From positions 1 to 64,000 of IMG/VR virus record IMGVR_UViG_3300013947_000028: a stretch of 64,000 bases of DNA. One strand, given 5' to 3'. Source of the stretch: a virus. Its lineage: Duplodnaviria > Caudoviricetes. The position numbers were made by a program, and so were the translations under genes. The notes under the pieces were generated by a model. The model was given only the letters and a program-made list of their open reading frames with translations, did not search any database and was not told where the DNA came from. Every line of letters begins with the position of its first letter. Within the stretch, counting starts at the first letter, position 1. Below, piece by piece: positions 31,908 through 40,364 of the stretch.

Positions 31908-32504
31908 TTACTTTAATTCTGCAGTCCAATTATTATTGTAGTTATCTTGTCCTGCATTTTCAATATAAGACATTAATTGGGAGTTTTCTACTAATTCTCC
32001 ATTTTTAGCTTCTTTCTTACTAATGAAGTATTTTAATAATTGCATATAAGTATAGTTGCCATTAAAGGATTCTACATATCTTTTGGTTGCATCTATTGCT
32101 TGTTCATCAGTAAATTCACCATATTGTTTTGTTACTGCTTTTAATTTATTAGTAATAACTCTTATACTGTCTCTCCAATAATAGTTAGTTCCTTCTTTCT
32201 TACCTGCAGGAAAAAGTTCCCTTAATTTGATAGCTAATAGTTCAAATCTATCTTTTTTATCTTTAATAATTATTTCGCTGTCAGCAAAAAATTCTTCAAG
32301 TAAGTCAGTACCAGCTTTATTTATCATCATAAATAAATGACCATTTAAAGGGTTATAATCCCTTATAATTAATCCTTTATTATGACAATTAGTAATAGTA
32401 GCATCTTTGATTTCTGCATCATTAGAAAGAGCTATTAAATATAATAGTTCATCTAATGTTAGGTCATATTTCTGTAGTTTGTCAGTGTCAATTACAAATC
32501 TCAT
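31908..32504 (-). CDS. Putative replication/helicase-associated protein
   Basis: 198 aa; lies between the SF2 helicase and DnaB; C-terminal W motif. Confidence 0.4.
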   Translation of the reverse strand: MRFVIDTDKLQKYDLTLDELLYLIALSNDAEIKDATITNCHNKGLIIRDYNPLNGHLFMMINKAGTDLLEEFFADSEIIIKDKKDRFELLAIKLRELFPAGKKEGTNYYWRDSIRVITNKLKAVTKQYGEFTDEQAIDATKRYVESFNGNYTYMQLLKYFISKKEAKNGELVENSQLMSYIENAGQDNYNNNWTAELK

Positions 32505-33621
32505 CTTTTAATTGTTTAATTGAAATTATTTTTACTAAATCTGTATTATAGTTTTCTAGCATTCTAACAACATTTCTTTCTTCTACAGTATTAATAAAGT
32601 AAGGAATAATTAAGATAGGAGATTTATGTCTAAGAATTCTACCATTCTTTTGTGTTTGTATCAAATTAGAACTATTTAGCATATTAAATATTCCAATTCT
32701 ACAATCTGATAATGATACTCCTTCATTAAGCATTTGGCAAGCTGTAATATGCTTAATTTTCTTAGTATTAAATAATTCAATATATTCACTTACTTGTTTA
32801 TTCTTACTATTAATACAATATTTACCTAAATTCTTAGTTTGAGCAATGGAACTACAAAAAGTCAGTGTTCTATAATTCTTTAAAACAGCTAATATTTCTT
32901 TAGTAAATGATTCTTTCTGTTCACTAAGCCATATTAATCTATCTAAAGAAGCTCTTAACATTCTATTATCCATATGTTTTTTCTTATACCAATCAATAAG
33001 ACCTGACATATCGTTATAGAATTGTAGAGGAGTTGCTACATATGAAGTTTTTTTGTATCTATTAAAAATAGTACAAGATTTTTTAGTATTATCTAATTCT
33101 AGAGGGATTAATAATACTTTAGGATCAGGTAATATATCACTATTTATAGCAGTTCTTAAAGAAACACTGTAAATATATAGATTATTAAATGTTTCTCTTA
33201 GCTCACATTTCTTAGTAATAGATACAGTAGCTGATAATCCTAATACTCTATTAAAAGAATTATCACTTTCTTGAATAGTGTCAATACACCTTTCTGAAAG
33301 ATGATGAACTTCATCGCATATACATTCTGCCCATGATTGCTTAGTTATATATTTAGGTAGAGATACATAAGTAGTAAAAGTAATATCTTTCAAAAGATGT
33401 TCACAATTCCATTTACCTATTTCCATTATCCAATTCTGTTTTAATACATTAGTAGGAACAGCAATAAGTATAGGAGTGCCTTCTTTATGGTATTTCTTTA
33501 GCCACTCAAGGGCTATTTTAGTTTTACCCATTGATGTAGGTAATTCAGCTAAAATACTGCAATTTGGTAGACTGAGAATATCTTTGGTTACTTGTTCTCT
33601 GGTTATTTCTTTTGTTTCCAT
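32488..33621 (-). CDS. Superfamily 2 helicase
   Basis: PTSMGKT, DEVH, LSAT, LNEG and QKNGRILR motifs. Confidence 0.88.
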   Translation of the reverse strand: METKEITREQVTKDILSLPNCSILAELPTSMGKTKIALEWLKKYHKEGTPILIAVPTNVLKQNWIMEIGKWNCEHLLKDITFTTYVSLPKYITKQSWAECICDEVHHLSERCIDTIQESDNSFNRVLGLSATVSITKKCELRETFNNLYIYSVSLRTAINSDILPDPKVLLIPLELDNTKKSCTIFNRYKKTSYVATPLQFYNDMSGLIDWYKKKHMDNRMLRASLDRLIWLSEQKESFTKEILAVLKNYRTLTFCSSIAQTKNLGKYCINSKNKQVSEYIELFNTKKIKHITACQMLNEGVSLSDCRIGIFNMLNSSNLIQTQKNGRILRHKSPILIIPYFINTVEERNVVRMLENYNTDLVKIISIKQLKDEICN

Positions 33622-34012
33622 TATTCTTAGGGGGTAAAGTATATATTAAATGTATTACTATATTGTGTTTATTTTCTACTTTATCAAGTTTACTTTTATG
33701 TATAAGAATATCTACTTTACGTTTCCATTTCTTATGCATTTTATCTTTAACATGATAAACTCCAAATCCTTCAATATAGATTCGTTTATTTGTACTATTA
33801 GCAGGAAACATATTCCATATATCTCTGCTAACAGCACACCATTTAATACATTCATTTTTTACATGCTTATTATTAATTCTACTACCATCTGCTGTTAAAC
33901 TATTATGTGCAGCATGATAATAAGTAAGATTTACTTTCAATGTTTGTGAATAGCAATAATTATTTATAAACAAAGAAAGTAAACTTATAATTAAGATTTT
34001 AAAATTATGCAT
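33545..34012 (-). CDS. Exported 3D-domain (double-psi barrel) cell-wall lytic protein
   Basis: Signal peptide; T.Y, TADG, AVSRD, V.D.M and VDIL motifs. Confidence 0.7.
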   Translation of the reverse strand: MHNFKILIISLLSLFINNYCYSQTLKVNLTYYHAAHNSLTADGSRINNKHVKNECIKWCAVSRDIWNMFPANSTNKRIYIEGFGVYHVKDKMHKKWKRKVDILIHKSKLDKVENKHNIVIHLIYTLPPKNNGNKRNNQRTSNQRYSQSTKLQYFS

Positions 34013-37000
34013 ATTGTTTACTTATTTTTTCATAGGCTGTTACTATGTTTTTATATCCTAATTTTAATAGTACATTACACAGTATAGTATCTGCTTTTAT
34101 GTGAGCCGATACTCTATTTAAACTTGTAGAAAGTGTAGATAATTCATTTACTACTTGTTCTCTGTATTTTCTGTTGAGTGTATCCATGATATCAAAGCTA
34201 TTAAATTTGCTACTATTGTTCCAGTTATTACTATTAAAACTGTAGATATTGGTGCTATATAGTCTGCATCAAAGCACATGAAGAGTGCTATAGAGGAACC
34301 TAGAAATAAGATTATAGCTATTAGTTTGTAAGTTAAATTTCTAACCATAAGAAATTATTATATTTAATAATTAGTTTATTGATTAATTTACTAAAAATAC
34401 CTGTATAGTAGTAATCTATGTGTGCAGAATTTTTAGTAATTATTCTCAAGATACATACCCATCCTATACAGATGTTTATGTAAGGAAGAAGTAAGATAAA
34501 TAAGAAAGGTATTAGATTAAATATGTGTAAATTAAACACTTTCTTATTGTCTTTTAAATAAAGATGTTCTGCAATATATAATGCTATTAAATACATTATT
34601 AAAGCAAATATATATGTATAAATCATTTTATTCTATTTATAGAGTCAATTTTATTTATAACTATATTATCTTTGATAAAGTATGCTGATTTGTTTATAAT
34701 GCTTACTTTAAAAGTATCGGCTTTAATATAAACAGTATCATGATAATTATTTCTAATTACAGTATACTGATGTCGTTTACTACAACTAGAAATAATTATA
34801 CATAATACTAAAAGGTAAGAACAATGTTTATTAATAATCACAGTTAACTGTTGTCTTATCCTCTTCATTAATATAATGTTCAATTTCTTTTGTTAATTCC
34901 TCATTAGTAAGAACATTTCTATCATAAAGAATGAAAAGACTATTTATTATCTCTGAATTTGTCATTTTCTTTGGTCTTTGAAGATTTTTTCTTCTTAGTT
35001 TTTTGATAATTTATTGTCTTATCATCATAGATAGACAAATCATTTATATCTAATTTCATGTTTTCTTATTACTTTGATGTTTACAGGAATTAATTGTGTT
35101 GTAATAGCTATAAATGAAAAGGTGTCAAGCTTTTCAGGATGATTTTTTATATTATGATAATATTGATTTTGTACTTCTGAAAACGTTCTACCTAAAACTT
35201 TAGCTACATATTTAATACCTACATTTATGTTACTAGATAAACTAGCTAATACTGCACAGAGAAATCTTACTTCTACTTCAGTCCAAAAAGCATTTTTACG
35301 TTCTTCAGGATAATTATAAAAGGAAATAGAAGAAAGTACGTCTTTTAATTTAAGTATCTCTTCCTGAGAGAACCTTTCTTCTAACAAATTTAAAGTAACT
35401 TGTCTTCTCCATACACAAGGACACTTTTTTTCAGCTATTTCTCTATAAAGAGTATTAAATTCTTTTAGGAGAATTAAATCTTTAAGATTAATATTGTATT
35501 CTTTTGATATATTGTTGAGGCTAATTGTAATCATAATTGGTAAGTTTAATGTTAATTGTTAGTTGTTTTACTGAGAGTATAAATTTCAGCGTGATGTGGT
35601 TTTATTGTAAACCATACTGCGTGACCTTTTAATAGATGATAGAAAGCTATTTTATAGCAATTTAAAGGAGTTCTAGTACATATCATAAACCAATTCGGCT
35701 TAGATAGTCTATAAAAGGTGATTTTATATTTTTTTCTTTTATTTTGTATACCAAACATAGTCGTTTATTTAAATATTACTACAATATCGTAAGTAATGTT
35801 TTAATAAAACAAATACCCCTATTCTCACGAACCAGGGTATTTTATAGAATACGTTAAACAATGAATTGTTTAGAACAAATCCAATGTTTCCCAAGAGCTG
35901 TTTTCTTTGTAGAGAGTATATTTATCGTTAGAATTTAGTCCTACTTTTAGGTTATTTTTTTCTCTAACGATGTCTCTGCTATCCATATTTTGGCATGATT
36001 TGCCAAGGTGGCAAAAAGTTAAGTCGCCCTCATTATCAAATACAAGGGAATTGAATTTTTCCCCTGTTGCTTTATTTTCAAAAGGAGCAAATTTAGGAGT
36101 ACCAAATTCCTTTGCAAATGCCATAAGAGACCAAGACTTTACAATTTTTACATTATTGTTAGCAGAAGTTGCCATAATTTTTTACTCATTTCAGAGCCGC
36201 TGCTTGAATTAAAGTACCAAGCTACCTAACTACAGAAATTAATAGGAATACCAGATAGTAGTTATTTCTGGTATTCCTTTGAAAATTAATTTATTTAGTG
36301 GAGTAGAGTTTTATTATCCTCTCCAATCATCATATCCCATATTATCATAATAGATTTCTTCTTGGGATCGAGCGTAATAGAGATACTGACCAATAAAGTC
36401 AGCAACTTCTTGAAAGTCTTCTGTATTACCTTTAAATTGGTAGGGTGTAAGACTTTCAATATACACTACTGCTCTTAGCATCTTCTCTGTAGGTTTACGA
36501 GAAGAAGTTCTTGCTTTACTAATTTTCCAATCAGGTCTATTAGCAAGCATTTTGAAGTTAAGGGCATCGTTAAAAGTAGAGAATTTTGCGAGAAAATGTC
36601 CTTCTGTATCAAGGACTCTGTATAATTTTTCCATTGTTGTATTATTTGAAATTAATAAAAATAAGCAGTTTTATATCATGCTTAGGATAGGATAATTACT
36701 CAACCACAAATTCGGCTTTTATTATCTCTTTAACTGGAATAACGTTCCAATGATTAAACATATAATTCCAGAAATACAAGTTACCTTCATCTACGAAGGT
36801 ATCCTCATATCTATCACCTTCATTAAAGTTGATGAATACTTTTATTGAAGGCAATGTTAATGTTAATTCTACATCATTAGCGATGCAGAAATCAATTATT
36901 GTATCCAATGTTTCTTCTTTCATTGTTTTAAATGTTTTAAGCAGAGAGCAATATCGCTCCCTGCTTTGATGAATACTAATTTAATTTGATAGATTCCCAA

Positions 37001-38260
37001 CTTACTCTTTTACCATTTATGATAACAGTTGGGATATCTAGAATAAGATATTCAATATCTTCTTCTTTAAGAGATACCTCATACTCTTTATTATATGCTG
37101 CTATAATGTTTTTAAGCAACATACAACTTATTTGTATTTCTATTAGTATGTATAAATTGTGAAACCCTCATACATGGAAAGTTCAGATTCTTTGATATAT
37201 GTAATTTTACCAAATACTTTAGTATAATATCTCTTTTTGACAATAATCGTCTTAGAGATTTCTACTATTGTTTGACTATTATGGTTTCGTGCTAAATCAT
37301 TACGATGAGCACGAACAGAGGATTCATAGCCTTCTGAGCTACAAATCCTCTGTGAATTAAATCTTTTTCTCATGTTCTTCTTCTATTACTGAAGTAAAAC
37401 ATAGTATTGCAGCAAATAATGCTGCCGAGCTTATTATAATAGCAATTCCGCTACTATAACAGTCATTTGCTACTATAGCAACAACCACTAAGATTATTGC
37501 TATAGCAGCATACAAGAATGTTCCAACAACTTTCAACATATTTATTTATTGTTAAGAGTTACTGCTACTGGACAGCTCTCGCTGTTGAGAGCTGAAAGAG
37601 AATCCACATAATTGAGAATCTCTTCATTAGACACTTCCTCTACTGTAGAGAGGAAAACTTTATCACATAATTTCTGATATTTATCAGACTTCTGTGAATA
37701 AAATGTAGCTGCTTGTTTATAGGCAGCAGCTTCTGCCTTGTAGTTATTTGCCCTATTATTTACAACCAAGGCAAAAATGGTTGTGATTATAGTAGCTAAT
37801 ATCGCTACTGTAGTAATGATATTTTTCATTTCTTTTTTGTTTTTATATCCCACAATGTCGTGGGATAAGTTGTTAATTAATTAAAATACCTTCTTTATTC
37901 TGTTGCCAAGGAAAGAGGTGAAAACTCCGAGCTGATTCAGTTTAGACCATACTTAGCACGGATTTTATCCTCTTTAAGTACGTCCTCATAATATGTTTTG
38001 AGTACGTAATCTACATACTCTTTAGCATTATAAGGAAGCCATTTGAGGATATCATCAGCATCGTGCCAAATGGCACCACTATTTACCATGTTAGTGGCAA
38101 CATTGGCAAGATGCTTAGTAGTATTACCTCCTAACTGTGACAATATATCGCCACAGCTATCCCAGCCTTTTGAGCTGAAGACAATACTACTAAGCACCTT
38201 ATATGCGGATTTAAAATCCGCATAAGTATGGCCATTTATTAAATATATGTACATGGTCAT
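34005..38260 (-). other. Early-gene cluster of small hypothetical and membrane proteins (34005-34187, 34151-34348, 34333-34626, 34623-34883, 35040-35534, 35552-35758, 35870-36175, 36314-36634, 36696-36923, 37143-37373, 37357-37539, 37542-37853, 37937-38260)
   Basis: Small co-oriented ORFs separated by hairpin-bearing spacers. Confidence 0.6.
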
Positions 38261-38413
38261 AAATTAATAAGACCTCTTTTAGATTATTAATGAGTGAGGT
38301 AACTCGCATACGTTTGATGCATATAGCTATCTTATTATTTCGCTATTACAACATACTGTTTATTCCCCTTTTTATTTTAAAGTGAGGAGGGTGAATAAGT
38401 TTATCCTCACTAA

Positions 38414-38440
38414 AAACCCTACCCAATAAGGGTAGGGTTT
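38414..38440 (-). terminator. Strong hairpin after the first early gene
   Basis: AAACCCTACCC/GGGTAGGGTTT 11-bp stem. Confidence 0.6.
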
Positions 38441-38447
38441 GGTTCAC

Positions 38448-38792
38448 CTATTTTTGCAGAAAGGCCCGTAGAGCCTCCGCAAAACCATTTGCAAGAGGTG
38501 TTCCGCTTGCGGACACCTTTGCAAATAGGATTGGGTGATTGTCATCATTGTGCTCAAGCACAATGTCAGACTTACTGAAGGTCAGTAAGTCTTGTTGCGA
38601 CCACTTATTGCGCTTTTTATGCGCAATAGCGGCCAAGGTGCTGGACAACATTACACGGTTGTCCGTAAACCCCTCGATTGTAATTTCCTCGTCCAGGACG
38701 AGGAAATGGTATGCCAAAGAGGGATCTTTGGCATACCTCCCTTTCATTTCTTCGATGGTGAAATGAAAGTCTTTGATGTCTGAGATACGCAT
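38448..38792 (-). CDS. First gene of the leftward arm; hypothetical and GC-rich
   Basis: Likely start MRISDIKDF at 38792; visibly GC-richer than the rest of the window. Confidence 0.5.
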   Translation of the reverse strand: MRISDIKDFHFTIEEMKGRYAKDPSLAYHFLVLDEEITIEGFTDNRVMLSSTLAAIAHKKRNKWSQQDLLTFSKSDIVLEHNDDNHPILFAKVSASGTPLANGFAEALRAFLQK

Positions 38793-39152
38793 ACGGTTAT
38801 TCAGCAGGGCTAATACAGGCTTGCAACGCGCAAGCCAGGGGGGCATAGCCCCACCCTGCGCATGCAGGGCAGGGTATTGGTGGATTATACCTCCCTCATA
38901 TAAATATCAAAAACTTCAAAAATTTTTTAGAAAAAAAAATTTAGAAAAAATCCCCCTAAAAAGCTGTCCTCTTTTTTGCCCTCATTTCTTTTTATATAAG
39001 GGTGGCTAGTAAAAAAATAGGACAGCTGTTATTATTTAGGATGTAATTAAAAGGGAATAAAGTTATACATTAAAATGAGTTGCTAAAAGATAAGAAACAA
39101 TTTAGTAGGAAAGTGACTGATTATTAGAGAGTTGTAACAATTTGATATTGTG

Positions 39153-39218
39153 TATTACACAACTAATTGTTGTGATATACTCAACTAATTATGGAGATAT
39201 ACACAACTTATAGTTACT
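39153..39218 (+). repeat. Three 22-bp-period iteron-like repeats (core TACWCAACT)
   Basis: Cores start at 39156, 39178 and 39200; directly upstream of the RepL-like gene. Confidence 0.7.
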
Positions 39219-39278
39219 ATTTTTGTTATTATTATCTTAATGTTGTAATTAGAACTTACATTATTAGTCACTTTTTTG

Positions 39279-39286
39279 TATATTTG
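39279..39286 (+). promoter_or_regulatory. TATATTTG(CA) promoter element
   Basis: TAnnTTTG 27 nt before ATG 39313. Confidence 0.65.
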
Positions 39287-39312
39287 CAGAAGTAATTTAA
39301 AATTAAAATAAT

Positions 39313-39747
39313 ATGATTAAAACAGTAACAAACAAAGAATATTCACTGGTACATAATGATACTGGAGAAATAGTAGAATTTAAACAAGTAAAGAAAGTAA
39401 AGCAAGAGGAATTTATGCTTTTGTTTTTAGCTGCTGCAGAACTACTCAATCAATTAGATGGTACCTCTATCAAAATACTTATTTTTTGTTGGAAATATTC
39501 TACCTTTAATAATAATGTAGAAAAAGAGGGAAACTTAATTTATAATAATGTGTATTTTAAAGACAAATTAAGAGAGAGCGGTTTGACTTATTCCGATAAT
39601 ACTATTAATATTTATATAGGGAGACTTTGTAAAAAGAATTTATTGATAAAAAAAGGAAGAGGTGTATACATGTTAAATCCTGAATATTTCTTTAAAGGAA
39701 CGCTTAATGATAGGAGTAAATTAAGAATGACTTTAGAAACAGAATAA
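39313..39747 (+). CDS. RepL-like plasmid-type replication initiator (winged HTH)
   Basis: DTGEI N-terminus; L.KK.GRGVYMLNPEYFFKG signature. Confidence 0.75.
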   Translation: MIKTVTNKEYSLVHNDTGEIVEFKQVKKVKQEEFMLLFLAAAELLNQLDGTSIKILIFCWKYSTFNNNVEKEGNLIYNNVYFKDKLRESGLTYSDNTINIYIGRLCKKNLLIKKGRGVYMLNPEYFFKGTLNDRSKLRMTLETE

Positions 39748-39775
39748 TATTATTTATTCTATTTAAAATAATGTT

Positions 39776-39783
39776 TAATTTTG
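39776..39783 (+). promoter_or_regulatory. TAATTTTG(CA) promoter element
   Basis: Supports a true start at 39804 for the next gene. Confidence 0.6.
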
Positions 39784-39803
39784 CATTTAATTATATAAAA
39801 TAT

Positions 39804-40364
39804 ATGATAGGAACACATGATAGCTTTACTTATTTAAAAGCTAAAAATAAAATATATGAGTTGTTTTCTTTTTTATGGAGAACACAAACAAAGACAATAA
39901 AAGAACAACAAGATTTAGGAGTTAAATATCTTGATATTAGAGTTTATAGAACTAAAGATGGATATTGGGAATTATGCCACGGTTTAGTAAACTTTAATAA
40001 AAGATTTAAGATGCTGTATGACATACTAGATGATTACCAAGATTTTCATATCAGATTGATATTAGAAAAAGGTAATAGTAAGGATGAAGAATGCTTTGAA
40101 AAAGAACTTTTGTTTTTACCCCCATATCTTGCTAAGATTTCTTTTGCTGCTATTAAGAAGAATTGGAGAATTATATTAAATGAAAAATTTCAGATAATGG
40201 ATTATACTTATATCCCATTCTATTCAAATCTTTCATTCTGGCAGAATATTAAAAGAATGAATTGGTTTAATACTATTAAAAAATGGGCTAAGAAACATAA
40301 TCCTATTATTACACAAAAAATGAAAGAAGATAAAAATATTGTACACTTTATTGATAGATTATAA
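39804..40364 (+). CDS. PI-PLC X-domain-like phosphodiesterase
   Basis: GTHDS, TQ..TI.EQ...GV.YLDIRV and CHG motifs. Confidence 0.8.
   Translation: MIGTHDSFTYLKAKNKIYELFSFLWRTQTKTIKEQQDLGVKYLDIRVYRTKDGYWELCHGLVNFNKRFKMLYDILDDYQDFHIRLILEKGNSKDEECFEKELLFLPPYLAKISFAAIKKNWRIILNEKFQIMDYTYIPFYSNLSFWQNIKRMNWFNTIKKWAKKHNPIITQKMKEDKNIVHFIDRL

Noticed and set aside
2603-33898. Plus-strand ORFs in the left arm (e.g. 2603, 5078, 12039, 26332, 33650)
   Set aside because: Antisense shadows of real genes with F/I/L-biased composition
39153-39218. Mini CRISPR array
   Set aside because: A 22-bp period is too short for repeat plus spacer; no cas genes
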